This document shows, one piece after another, positions 49,205 to 61,605 of a stretch of 64,000 bases of DNA. The notes beneath the pieces were generated by a model. The model searched no databases, was not told the origin of the DNA, and saw only the letters and a program-made list of their open reading frames with translations. The first letter of the stretch is position 1. Each line of letters begins with the position of its first letter. This DNA is from Mustelus asterias (Eukaryota). Where the stretch lies: positions 40,920,001 to 40,984,000 of the forward strand of contig NC_135806.1 of the NCBI RefSeq assembly GCF_964213995.1, given 5' to 3'. The translations under genes and the position numbers were made by a program.

Positions 49205-49502
49205 GAGGTGGTGGGGTGGTGGTATTGTCATTGGACTAGTAATCTAGAGACCCAGGTTAAAGCTCTGGGGACCGGGGTTTGAATCTCACCACTGCAGAGG
49301 GTGAAATTTGAATTCAATAAAAAAATTCTGGAATGATTGCCCTGTAATGGGCAATGATGAAAAAATGATGACCATGAAACAATTGTCGGAAAAACCCATC
49401 TTTTTCACTTATGTCCTTTAGGGAAGGAAATCTGCCATCATTACCTGGTCTGGCCTACATGTGACTCCAGTGCCACATCAATGTGTTTGACTCTCAATTG
49501 CC
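49205..49502 (+). mobile_element. tRNA-derived SINE, followed by an L2-group fragment (49520-49630)
   Basis: Head GGTGGTATTGTCATTGGACTAGTAATCTAGAGACCCAGG..GGTTTGAATCTCACC; body AAAAACCCATC..TGTCCTTTAGGGAAGGAAATCTGCC. Confidence 0.75.
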
Positions 49503-49769
49503 TAGGAATACTGCGGCATATAACTCATCTCCTGACTCTTCAAAGGTGAACAGGCTTTGGGGAGTCAGGAGGTGAGTTTCACGCCACAGTATTCCTAGCC
49601 TCTGATCTGCCCTTGTAGCCACTGTGTTTATGCTTATGTGCAATATTGTCAGGGAGACCAGCAGTGATTTAACATCCTGGTCAACTACATGGAATTGAAA
49701 CTTGCCCTGCATGCAGCCTAAGGTGAGTGTGTCTTCTGTGGATATGGTTTGTTCATCATATGCAACAGA

Positions 49770-50630
49770 TGATAACATAAAATTACAAAGGGATATTGAT
49801 AGAGTAAATGAATGAACACAACTGTGGCAGATGGATTTCAATCTAAACATTTTGGACTGAAAAAGAATAGATCAGGGTACTTTCTGGAGGGTATGAAGTT
49901 AAATACAGTAGATGTTCAAAGAGACTTTGGGGTTCAGGTGCCACGATCATTAAAATACCAAGTACAGATGCAGAAAAAAATCAAGAAGGCGAATGGAATG
50001 CTGGCCGTTATATCTAGAGGACTGGAATATAAGGATGCAGAAGTTATGCTGCGGCTACACAAAACCCTGGTTAGACCCCACTTGGAGTACTGTGAGGAGA
50101 TCTGGGCACCACACCTTAGGAAGGATATATTGGCCTTGGAGGGAATACAATGCAGTTTACAAGAATGATATCTGGACTTTGGGGTTGAATTATGAGGAGA
50201 GATTATACAAATTAGATTGGTTTTCTCGAGAATTTATAAAGTTAAGGGGTGATCTGATCGAAGTCTTCAAGATACTGACAGGAAAAGACAGGGTCGATAA
50301 AGATAAACTATTTCCACTGATTGGAGATTCTAGAACTAGGGGGGAATAGCATAAAAATATTGGCCAGACCGTTCAAGAGAGATGTTAGGAAGCACTTTTA
50401 TGCCCAAAGTGGGGTAGAGATTTGGAACTCTTTTCCACAAACCACAATTGATCCTAAATCAGTTGCTATCTTTAAATCTGAGATAGATACTTTTTTGTTA
50501 AGCAAAGATATTAAAGGATATGGGCCAAAGGCAAGTATATGGAGTTAGGCCACAGATCAGCCATGATCTCATTAAATGGCGGAATGGGCTTGATGGGCTG
50601 AATGGCCCACTCCTGTCCTTATGTTCCTAT
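49770..50630 (+). mobile_element. CR1 3' portion nested in the Gypsy
   Basis: KKANGMLAVISRGLEYK..LVRPHLEYC; tail ...TATGTTCCTATG. Confidence 0.9.
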
Positions 50631-51674
50631 GAAACAAGGTTGACTTTGTTGGTTGAATCAAGTGCAGTACAGGGCCTGAATTATTTCAGCAGTGGCTTCG
50701 ACAAAACATTACATTTTGCCCCAGTACCAAGTCTAACTTTGTTGCGAGCAATGCTGAGCGTTGTGAATCTTTCACCCTCTTCAGTGATGAGGTCAATACT
50801 TTCATGGTCGATTGCTTCCAGGGGCATAGGGTTTTGATTCATCTCAGCTCATTCACTTTGTTTATGTGCTGAGCTTTGCAGAGGTAGGGATAGTAATTTG
50901 CCATGCTGAGGAAGCACTAAGCTTTGGCTGCAGCATGTCTTGTGATAGTAGCTGCACGATACGGCTTTGATCTCCAACACTTGGCAAAATAACTCCCTCT
51001 ACCATCGTTATTGCAGTGCTTGTTAAGTGCAAAGCACGCGCTTCTTCTTCTGTGGGTACTGGCAGTTGCAGTTTGAGCAGGGTATGTTTTGTACAGAAAA
51101 GACTTCAGCTGTTCGTGTTAATTCTTTACTGCGCCTCTCAGATTGCACATTCAACGTGCAAATATTAATGGCAGATTCCAAGGTTAATTTTTTTTCTGGG
51201 AGAAGCTGCTTGCGCACACTGTCACTGTGTATTCCACACACTATACGGTCTCTAACAAGTTTGTCAGTGAGAGCACCAGATTCACACTTTCTTGCCTGAA
51301 TTTTCAGTATTGGAATGTCCCACTGTATTAATTCATTGGGTTTCTGACTGGCTGTGCTGAAAGCGTGTCTATCTATGACTACATTTTTTACAGGTATGCC
51401 ATTTTGTTGAAATTTCTTTACTTATTCCCCAGGGTCCTCTTTGTCTTCCCCCTCCTGGAATGTGAAGGATTCCAATGTCTCCACAACCTCCGGAACCACC
51501 AGGTTCAGCAACGTGTAGGCTCGGACTTTCTTTGATTTGCCGGACAGGCCAGCATAGCAGTATGCACTCCATTCCTTCTCAAACATTTTCCAATTGTTGG
51601 CAATGTTTTCATCAATAGTAAGTGGGTTGAAGTGCTTGAGCTCTTGTGCAATTGCAGCTAGCTCCTGACACAAT

Positions 51675-51877
51675 GTAAAGGTAAAGTCACCATGGTCCCA
51701 GATGACCATAGGCTGTGACTGGTGGTGATTTAACCTGAGGATCACCACACCTCAAGGTGAGGGACAAGGTTGAGAAAGTGGGCCTTCATGAATAACCTCA
51801 GCCGGTATGGGAATTGAACCCGTGCTGTTGGCGTCGCTCTGCATCATTAGCCGTCCAGCCTACTGAGCTAAACTGGC
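51675..51877 (-). mobile_element. tRNA-derived SINE inserted at the Gypsy primer-binding site
   Basis: A-box TAGCTCAGTAGG, B-box GGTTCAATTCC, tail GACTTTACCTTTAC; flanks CACAA / CACCA. Confidence 0.75.
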
Positions 51878-52202
51878 ACCAGGTGTAATTATGTGGTTGT
51901 GTGGGAATGAGAACACACGTGATAATGTCAACAGTTTATTAAGAAGTCCTTAACTGCCGTTACATACTATGCCCGTAGCTATGTGGGAGTCACTTCTGCC
52001 CCCCTCTCCTACATTGCATATCAATTCCTGTGCACAGGTCATTTGGCAAGTTGTGAATGAATGCACATTCTACCTTCCCTTTTAGAGGCCCAGACTAGTT
52101 TTAAGCAGTGCTAGCTACTCACCATATTGGCACCCTTCAGATGGGCCCAGTCAATCAACAGTTAGCTGTTTCCCTGTTGAAATCATTCAAATCAGCAAGC
52201 AA

Positions 52203-52415
52203 TAGAGGGTGGTGGGTGAATGGAATCGGCTGCCGTCAGTGGTGGTGGAGGCAAACTCGATAGGGTCTTTTAAGAGACTTCTGGATGAGTACATGGAACT
52301 TAATAGGATTGAGGGTTATAGGTAAGCCTATATATAAGCCTAGGTAGGTAGGGACATGACCGGCGCAACTTGTGGGCCGAAGGGCCTGTTTGTGCTGTAT
52401 TTTTTCTATGTTCTA
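52203..52415 (+). mobile_element. CR1 3' fragment, same subfamily as 41822-44846
   Basis: Near-identical to the reverse complement of 41822-42035. Confidence 0.92.
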
Positions 52416-52776
52416 ATACAAAGTTGGCCTACTGCCTGAATTGCACCGAATTGGTACACTGATCCTTGCACTTGTTTTCAGGGGATATCTAATTTAGTAA
52501 CCAAAGTGTCACGTGATAAAGGAATGGGGTTTAAACATAAGAAAAACAAAAAGTGCTGGAAAAACTCAGCAAGTCTGGCAACCCCTGAGGAGAGAGAAGC
52601 AGAGTTAACATTTCGAGTCCATATGGTCTTCTTTCGCTGAGCTTTTCCAACACTTTTTGTTTTGATTTCAGATCTCCAGCATCCACAATATTATGTTTTA
52701 TTTGAGGTTTCTAAGGTACCTGGATTGTACCAGACTAAACACAGTGAAGTTTAATGGTCAATTTTCGTTCACAAGT

Positions 52777-55700
52777 GGGCTGAATTTTAAGCTGCGGAAG
52801 GGGCCTCCACCTACCAAGCCAGCAGCCAGCTAAGTCTTCAGGCCTTTCATTGACTCACTCACACTGGGGGGAAGTCCCGCCACTGAGAGCTGCAGGCTAA
52901 TTGACCACAAGTCCCCTGAAGAAGAGCTAGGAGCCTGGATTAAGTCAAGTCCAACAAAGGTCAGCAAATGCAGATACTGTTCAATTTCTCTCCAGTGGTG
53001 AATTCAACCTCCTGTCGATATTCAGATCTATGACATTTTTAATATTATGGTTGACCCAGGGGTAAAGATACAAATGGGGAGGTGGAGGAAGGGTGAGAAG
53101 ACGGGAAGAAAGAGGTGGGAGAAAGGAGGAAGAGGTGAATCAAGGAAAGGGAGGAAGAAAATGAGTGGGAGAGAATGTAGGAAACAGTAGGGGTGGGGGC
53201 GATGAATGAGGATTGGGGTGGGCATACTGAGTAATGCTCGATGGGTGTGGGCACATTGAGCAATGTTCAGTGGGGGTGGATACTGGGTAATGCTCAATGG
53301 GAGTGAGCACTGGTAATGCTCAGTGGAGGTGGGCACTGGTAATGCTCAGTGAGGTGGGCACTGGGTAATGCACAGTGGGGGTGGGCAATGGGTAATGCTC
53401 AGTGGGGGTGGACACTGGGTAATGCTCAGTGGAGGTAGACACTGGGTAATGCTCAGTGGGGGTGGACACTGGGTAATGCTCAGTGGGGGTGGACACTGGG
53501 TAATGCTCAGTGGGGGTGGGCACTGGGTAATGTTCAGTGGGGGTGGGCACTGGGTAATGCTCAGTGGGGGTGGGCACTGGGTAATGTTCAGTGGGGGTGG
53601 ACACTGGGTAATGCTCAGTGGGGGTGGACACTGGGTAAGGCTCAGTGGGGGTGGACACTGGGTAATGCTCAGTGGGGGTGGACACTGGTAATGCTCAGTG
53701 GGGGTGGGCACTGGGTAATGCTCAGTGGGGGTGGGCACTGGGTAATGCTCAGTGGGGGTGGACACTGGGTAATGCTCAGTGGAGGTGGACACTGGGTAAT
53801 GCTCAGTGGGGGTGGGCACTGGGTAATGCTCAGTGGGGGTGGACACTGGGTAATGCTCAGTGGGGGTGGGCACTGGTAATGCTCAGTGGGGGTGGACACT
53901 GGTAATGCTCAGTGGGGGTGGGCACTGGGTAATGCTCAGTGGGGGTGGGCACTGGGTAATGCTCAGTGGGGGTGGACACTGGGTAATGCTCAGTGGAGGT
54001 GGACACTGGGTAATGCTCAGTGGGGGTGGGCACTGGGTAATGCTCAGTGGGGGTGGACACTGGGTAATGCTCAGTGGGGGTGGGCACTGGTAATGCTCAG
54101 TGGGGGTGGGCACTGGGTAATGCTCAGTGGGGGTGGACACTGGGTAATGCTCAGTGGAGATGGGCACTGGGTAATGCTCAGTGGGGGTGGGCACTGGGTA
54201 ATGCTCAGTGGAGATGGGCACTGGGTAATGCTCAGTGGAGATGGGCACTGGGTAATGCTCAGTGGAGATGGGCACTGGGTAATGCTCAGTGGGGGTGGGC
54301 ACTGGGTAATGCTCAGTGGGGGTGGGCACTGGGTAATGCTCAGTGGGGGTGGACACTGGGTAATGCTCAGTGGAGATGGGCACTGGGTAATGCTCAGTGG
54401 GGGTGGGCACTGGGTAATGCTCAGTGGAGATGGGCACTGGGTAATGCTCAGTGGAGATGGGCACTGGGTAATGCTCAGTGGAGATGGGCACTGGGTAATG
54501 CTCAGTGGGGGTGGGCACTGGGTAATGCTCAGTGGGGGTGGGCACTGGGTAATGCTCAGTGGGGGTGGACACTGGGTAATGCTCAGTGGGGGTGGACACT
54601 GGGTAATGCTCACTGGGGGTGGACACTGGGTAATGCTCAGTGGGGGTGGACACTGGGTAATGCTCAGTGGGGGTGGGCACTGGGTAATGCTCAGTGGGGG
54701 TGGACACTGGGTAATGCTCAGTGGGGGTGGGCACTGGGTAATGTTCAGTGGGGGTGGGCACTGGGTAATGCTCAGTGGGGGTGGGCACTGGGTAATGTTC
54801 AGTGGGGTGGACACTGGGTAATGCTCAGTGGGGGTGGACACTGGGTAATGCTCAGTGGGGGTGGACACTGGGTAATGCTCAGTGGGGGTGGGCACTGGGT
54901 AATGCTCAGTGGAGATGGGCACTGGGTAATGCTCAGTGGGGGTGGGCACTGGGTAATGCTCAGTGGGGGTGGGCACTGGGTAATGCTCAGTGGGGGTGGA
55001 CACTGGGTAATGCTCAGTGGAGGTGGACACTGGGTAATGCTCAGTGGGGGTGGGCACTGGGTAATGCTCAGTGGGGGTGGACACTGGGTAATGCTCAGTG
55101 GGGGTGGGCACTGGTAATGCTCAGTGGGGGTGGGCACTGGGTAATGCTCAGTGGGTGTGGACACTGGGTAATGCTCAGTGGAGATGGGCACTGGGTAATG
55201 CTCAGTGGGGGTGGGCACTGGGTAATGCTCAGTGGAGATGGGCACTGGGTAATGCTCAGTGGAGATGGGCACTGGGTAATGCTCAGTGGAGATGGGCACT
55301 GGGTAATGCTCAGTGGGGGTGGGCACTGGGTAATGCTCAGTGGGGGTGAGCACTGGGTAATGCTCAGTGGGGGTGGACACTGGGTAATGCTCAGTGGAGA
55401 TGGGCACTGGGTAATGCTCAGTGGGGGTGGGCACTGGGTAATGCTCAGTGGAGATGGGCACTGAGTAATGCTCAGTGGAGATGGGCACTGGGTAATGCTC
55501 AGTGGAGATGGGCACTGGGTAATGCTCAGTGGGGGTGGGCACTGGGTAATGCTCAGTGGGGGTGGGCACTGGGTAATGCTCAGTGGAGATGGGCACTGGG
55601 TAATGCTCAGTGGGGGTGGACACTGGGTAATGCTCACTGGGGGTGGACACTGGGTAATGCTCAGTGGGGGTGGACACTGGGTAATGCTCAGTGGGGGTGG

Positions 55701-58700
55701 GCACTGGGTAATGCTCAGTGGGGGTGGACACTGGGTAATGCTCAGTGGAGATGGGCACTGGGTAATGCTCAGTGGAGATGGGCACTGGGTAATGCTCAGT
55801 GGAGATGGGCACTGGGTAATGCTCAGTGGGGGTGGGCACTGGGTAATGCTCAGTGGAGATGGGCACTGGGTAATGCTCAGTGGGGTGGGCACTGGGTAAT
55901 GCTCAGTGGAGATGGGCACTGGGTAATGCTCACTGGGGGTGGACACTGGGTAATGCTCACTGGGGGTGGACACTGGGTAATGCTCAGTGGGGGTGGACAC
56001 TGGGTAATGCTCAGTGGGGGTGGGCACTGGGTAATGCTCAGTGGGGGTGGACACTGGGTAATGCTCAGTGGAGATGGGCACTGGGTAATGCTCAGTGGAG
56101 ATGGGCACTGGGTAATGCTCAGTGGAGATGGGCACTGGGTAATGCTCAGTGGGGGTGGGCACTGGGTAATGCTCAGTGGGGGTGGGCACTGGGTAATGCT
56201 CAGTGGGGGTGGACACTGGGTAATGCTCACTGGGGGTGGACACTGGGTAATGCTCAGTGGGGGTGGACACTGGGTCATGCTCAGTGGGGGTGGGCACTGG
56301 GTAATGCTCAGTGGGGGTGGACACTGGGTAATGCTCAGTGGGGGTGGGCACTGGGTAATGTTCAGTGGGGGTGGGCACTGGGTAATGCTCAGTGGGGGTG
56401 GGCACTGGGTAATGTTCAGTGGGGGTGGACACTGGGTAATGCTCAGTGGGGGTGGACACTGGGTAATGCTCAGTGGGGGTGGACACTGGGTAATGCTCAG
56501 TGGGGGTGGGCACTGATAATGCTCAGTGGGGGTGGGCACTGGGTAATGCTCAGTGGGGGTGGGCACTGGGTAATGCTCAGTGGGGGTGGACACTGGGTAA
56601 TGCTCAGTGGAGGTGGACACTGGGTAATGCTCAGTGGGGGTGGGCACTGGGTAATGCTCAGTGGGGGTGGACACTGGGTAATGCTCAGTGGGGGTGGGCA
56701 CTGGTAATGCTCAGTGGGGGTGGGCACTGGGTAATGCTCAGTGGGGGTGGACACTGGGTAATGCTCAGTGGAGATGGGCACTGGGTAATGCTCAGTGGGG
56801 TGGGCACTGGGTAATGCTCAGTGGAGGTGGGCACTGGGTAATGCTCAGTGGAGATGGGCACTGGGTAATGCTCAGTGGAGATGGGCACTGGGTAATGCTC
56901 AGTGGGGGTGGGCACTGGGTAATGCTCAGTGGGGGTGGGCACTGGGTAATGCTCAGTGGGGGTGGACACTGGGTAATGCTCAGTGGAGATGGGCACTGGG
57001 TAATGCTCAGTGGGGGTGGGCACTGGGTAATGCTCAGTGGGGGTGGGCACTGGGTAATGCTCAGTGGAGATGGGCACTGGGTAATGCTCAGTGGAGATGG
57101 GCACTGGGTAATGCTCAGTGGAGATGGGCACTGGGGAATGCTCAGTGGGGGTGGGCACTGGGTAATGCTCAGTGGGGGTGGGCACTGGGTAATGCTCAGT
57201 GGGGGTGGACACTGGGTAATGCTCAGTGGGGGTGGACACTGGGTAATGCTAACTGGGGGTGGACACTGGGTAATGCTCAGTGGGGGTGGACACTGGGTAA
57301 TGCTCAGTGGGGGTGGGCACTGGGTAATGCTCAGTGGGGGTGGACACTCGGTAATGCTCAGTGGGGGTGGACACTGGGTAATGCTCAGTGGGGGTGGGCA
57401 CTGGGTAATGCTCAGTGGGGGTGGGCACTGGGTAATGCTCAGTGGGGTGGGCACTGGGTAATGCTCAGTGGGGTGGACACTGGGTAATGCTCAGTGGGGG
57501 TGGGCACTGGGTAATGCTCAGTGGGGTGGACACTGGGTAATGCTCAGTGGGGGTGGACACTGGGTAATGCTCAGTGGGGGTGGACACTGGGTAATGCTCA
57601 GTGGGGTGGACACTGGGTAATGCTCAGTGGGGGTGGACACTGGGTAATGCTCAGTGGGTGTGGGCACTGGGTAATGCTCAGTGGGGGTGGGCACTGGGTA
57701 ATGCTCAGTGGGGTGGACACTGGGTAATGCTCAGTGGGGGTGGGCACTGGGTAATGTTCAGTGGGGGTGGACACTGGGTGATGCTCTGTGGGGTGGACAC
57801 TGGGTAATGCTCAGTGGGGGTGGGCACTGGGTAATGCTCAGTGGGGGTGGACACTGAGTAATGCTCAGTGGGGGTGGGCACTGGGTAATGCTCAGTGGGG
57901 GTTGGGCACTGGGTAATGTTCAGTGGGGGTGGGCACTGGGTAATGCTCAGTGGGGTGGGCACTGGGTAATGCTCAGTGGGGGTGGGCACTGGGTAATGCT
58001 CAGTGGGGTGGACACTGGGTGATGCTCTGTGGGGTGGGCACTGGGTAATGCTCAGTGGGGGTGGACACTGGGTAATGCTCAGTGGGGGTGGGCACTGGGT
58101 AATGCTCAGTGGGGGTGGGCACTGGGTAATGTTCAGTGGGGGTGGGCACTGGGTAATGCTCAGTGGGGGTGGGCACTGGGTAATGCTCAGTGGGGGTGGG
58201 CACTGGGTAATGCTCAGTGGGGGTGGGCACTGGGTAATGCTCAGTGGGGGTGGACACTGGGTAATGCTCAGTGGTGGTGGGCACTGGGTAATGCTCAGTG
58301 GGGGTGGACACTGGGTAATGCTCAGTGGGGGTGGGCACTGGGTAATGCTCAGTGGTGGTGGACACTGGGTAATGCTCAGTGGGGGTGGGCACTGGGTAAT
58401 GCTCAGTGGGGTGGACACTGGGTAATGCTCAGTGGTGGTGGACACTGGGTAATGCTCAGTGGGGGTGGGCACTGGGTAATGTTCAGTGGGGGTGGACACT
58501 GGGTAATGCTCAGTGGGTATGGGCACGTTGCCTACAAAAGCTGCTGAGTTACCTGGGTATCGGCCAGCAGACCGAAATATTGCAGTGGAGGCAGTATGAG
58601 GCCCTTAAGTGGCAGCTAATTATCCATTCAAGGGCTTCAAAAGGCCTTACAACCCCCCCCGCCCTACCCCCCCCCCCCCCCCCCCCCCCCCCTATGGGAA

Positions 58701-58803
58701 ACAGGTCAGAAATGGGCAGCAAGGCGACAGGCTGGCTACCTGCTTTATTTGGTGTGACCCCTGCCTTCAAATGTGCTGGTGCAGGAAGAGTAAAATTCCC
58801 CCC
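52777..58803. mobile_element. Putative Harbinger-like TIR element enclosing the minisatellite
   Basis: GGGCTGAATTTTA at left, TAAAATTCCCCCC at right; subterminal palindrome GCCCTTAAGTGG..CCATTCAAGGGC. Confidence 0.45.
53213..58526. repeat. 27-bp minisatellite, ~195 units
   Basis: Consensus CACTGGGTAATGCTCAGTGGGGGTGG(G/A); variants GGAGATGG, GGAGGTGG and single-G deletions; degenerate copies at the left edge. Confidence 0.98.
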
Positions 58804-59024
58804 CTTAGACCCCAATCTTGACAGGAATGTGGATAATGAGCTGGGGGATGCCTAGCTTTCATTGGAATATCCACCCCTTGACTGCACCCCCCTCCTCACC
58901 ACTTGACCTGCCTCCACTATTCCCAGCAGTGGCCTGATTGGAGTTAGGTTTGGGATTTTAAAATGTTAACATCTCATTTGACATCAACACATCCAACTTT
59001 GGGGGTTAATCCATAAATAAAAAT

Positions 59025-59325
59025 CCATAAACTCCTACAGTGCAGAAGGGGGCCATTCAGCCCATTGAGTCTGCATTGACCCTTTGAAAGAGCATTCTAC
59101 ATGGGCCCCACTCCCCCGCCCCATCCCCATAGCTGCATACATTTAGCATGGCCAATCCACCTAACCCGCACATCTTTGGAGTGTGGGAGGTAACAGGAGC
59201 ACCCAGAGGAAACTCACACAGACACGGGGAGAATGTGTGAACTCCACACAGACAGTGACCCAAGGCCAGAATTGAACCTGAGTCCCTGTTGCTGTGAGTC
59301 AGCAGTGCTAACCACTGTGCTTCCC
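59025..59325 (-). mobile_element. HE1-type SINE
   Basis: Head, V-domain and tail on the minus strand. Confidence 0.88.
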
Positions 59326-60097
59326 AAAAAAATCACACCTTCTTTAGAGAGTGATTAGAATGTGGAACTTGCTAGCGCAAAATACTTGGATGCCAGTGTT
59401 CTCCAATTTTTAAGACTGTGCCAGTTTTATCTGAATCTCACTTGGCAGAGTTTGGGGAATTTGGTCTGATGCACTCTATGGTTACCGTCAAATAAACATT
59501 GTTTTAGTTTTAGGAGAGGATGCCATGGAGGACATGGCATTCTGGATCACACCACACAACGTGGAGCTAACCAAATGCTCCAGTTTCAGCAAAATATTTC
59601 ACACTTCTGCCAGAAGTTGAAAAATAAATACAAGTGTAGATTGTGTTATTTCTCAGTGGAAAAGCTTCCTGTCAGCTGGTCTAACTTCAAAGTCCGAGAC
59701 ACTGGTTCTGTGCCACATCACTCAGGGCTGTGTGACCAAACTCAACATTCAACAATGTAAACCCTTCAGAGTTCTTCCACAATTGCAGTATAATAACACA
59801 GTGTGATGTCAATCAGGTCAGCTTCCTGGCAGTTATTTGGCTGACAGGACTTCCTGCTGACGCAGCACTTTGATACCATGAGAAAATCCCAGGGTAACTT
59901 GACAAATTGTAGTCTGCAGCTTCCAGGGGCAGGTGGATCTGTTGTGTGGGATCTTCATCCGTAACCACAAGCTATCCTTTTCACTGTGCTCTCCTTCCCA
60001 ACCCACCACCTGCCTCCTTCCCTAGCTACATAGAAAATGTCTGCATGAATATCACAAGTATTTGTGTAAAATAATAATAACTGGAAACTTCGTATAA

Positions 60098-60419
60098 GGG
60101 CAGCACGGTGGCACAGTGGTTAGCACCGCTGCCTCACAGCGCCAGAGACCAGGGTTCAATTCATGGCTTGGGTCACTGTCTGTGTGGAGTTTGCACATTC
60201 TCTGTGTTTGCGTGGGTTTTCTCCGGGTGCTCCGGTTTCCTCCCACAGTCCCAAGATGTGCAATTTAGATTGATTGGCTATGCTAAATTGTCCCTTAGAG
60301 TCAGGGGGATTAGCAGGGTAAATATATGGGGTTACAGGGATAGGGCCTGGTTGGGATTGTCATCGGTGCAGACTCGATGGGCCAAGTGGCCTCCTTCTGC
60401 ACTGTAGGGATTCTATGAT
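60098..60419 (+). mobile_element. HE1-type SINE, full length
   Basis: GGGCAGCACGGTGGCACAGTGGTTAGCA ... GGATTCTATGATT. Confidence 0.92.
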
Positions 60420-61189
60420 TATTCAATGAAGGAATTTTACTACCTTACATTGAATGAAGCTACTTTTAAATCCCTACATTGTTAAGTGGAACAAGCAGCG
60501 TGTAATACTACTTAGAGACTGGAAGCATTTCATAAACCATTATCAGAAAATCAAATGGTTTATAGATATTATCTGAACCCCTTGAGTCTTTTATTTTTCT
60601 CTGTCAATCATTTTCTTTGACAGTCTATTATAGACCTGATGAAATGAAATTCACCCTATCAAGAGCAATACTGAAATTATGCCAATTGAGGAATATTACC
60701 ATGACTGACAAGGTGGCTTTAATGAAATATATCCCAGCTGTTGGCAAGCAAGATTTTAGGTTTGAGATCAGGGGATACGTAGGAGAGCATCAACTAATTT
60801 TGATGGTTGGGAATTAAATTACTACAATATTTGAAAAAAAGTTTCATCTCAGAGGTGAAAAATAAATCAAAGTTATCACTCAATGACACACATAGAATCA
60901 GATAAAGATAAATAAGTTTCAAGATGCCAAGGCTCAGATTGTGGGAGTTATTCTGGCCAAAGAGTGAAAACAGGTGCTAAATGGGAGCAGTGCTGATGAG
61001 ACGCATCTGTTTGAAAATTGGGATGTAGCAGACAGTTTTAGTCCTAATTGTTGATAATTATAATTTGAAATTGCTTGGTGATGTTAAACACAATTTTCAG
61101 CAGAATATGTGGGTCCCTTGCACTTACTTCCACTGAAGGTATAGAGTGCTCTGGTTCGCACATATCGGCACATTTCAGGAAAGCCCAGT

Positions 61190-61320
61190 GAGATGGCGCA
61201 CAGGTTCTCAGATGCAGCGTTAGAGATACAGGTGGAAGTGGTCCGGAGGAGGAGGGGCTCCCTGTGGCTGCAGGGAGGGAAGATGCCACCTCACCCTGCT
61301 GTCCATTCCCGCCAGCAGTT
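61190..61320 (+). pseudogene. Harbinger Myb/SANT-like N-terminal relic
   Basis: AHRFSDAALEIQVEVVRRRRGSL; same motif as the relics at 9960 and 34790. Confidence 0.55.
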
Positions 61321-61424
61321 GGTGTTTGTAATGATGCATGCTTACAGACTTCATCAGGAAAAGCTGTACAGAGGCTGGCAATCCCCCAGCTGCCCCAGTC
61401 CTTACATGTCTACTACCTGCCTTC

Positions 61425-61605
61425 ATAGAATCCCTACAGTGGAGGAGGAGGTCAGTGAGTCCATCGAGCTTGTACCGACAACAATCCCACCCAGGCCCTA
61501 TCCCTGTAACTCACATATTTACCCTGTTAGTCCCCCTGATACTAAGAGGCAATTTACCATGGCTAATCAACCTGATCCACACACCTTTGGAGTGTGGGAG
61601 GAAAA
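61425..61605 (-). mobile_element. HE1-type SINE 3' half (5' half of another copy at 63030-63158)
   Basis: CATAGAATCCCTACAGTG..CCCACCCAGGCCCTATCCC..GGAGTGTGGGAGGAAA. Confidence 0.8.

Larger units (their letters stand above)
46975..52020 (-). mobile_element. Decayed Gypsy element (5' LTR, gag, protease, RT, RNase H) with several nested insertions
   Basis: gag NWKMFEKEW..LLNLV, RDRIVCGI.SDSVRKQLL..KLTLESAINIC; protease KVRLGTGAKCNVLS; RT VRICIDP..LNKA and IINDILIW; RNase H ALTDTEVRYASIEK..DHQ..LADALSR; LTR from 51884. Confidence 0.9.

Noticed and set aside
53213-58526. CRISPR array
   Set aside because: The repeat is palindromic but there are no unique spacers, no cas genes, and the context is vertebrate
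53320-58547. Long repetitive ORFs (PTPTEHYPV, CPPPLSITQ, GNAQWGWAL) as mucin-like or structural proteins
   Set aside because: By-product of a 27-bp stop-poor unit; frames are broken by frequent 1-bp deletions; no signal peptide or unique flanking domain
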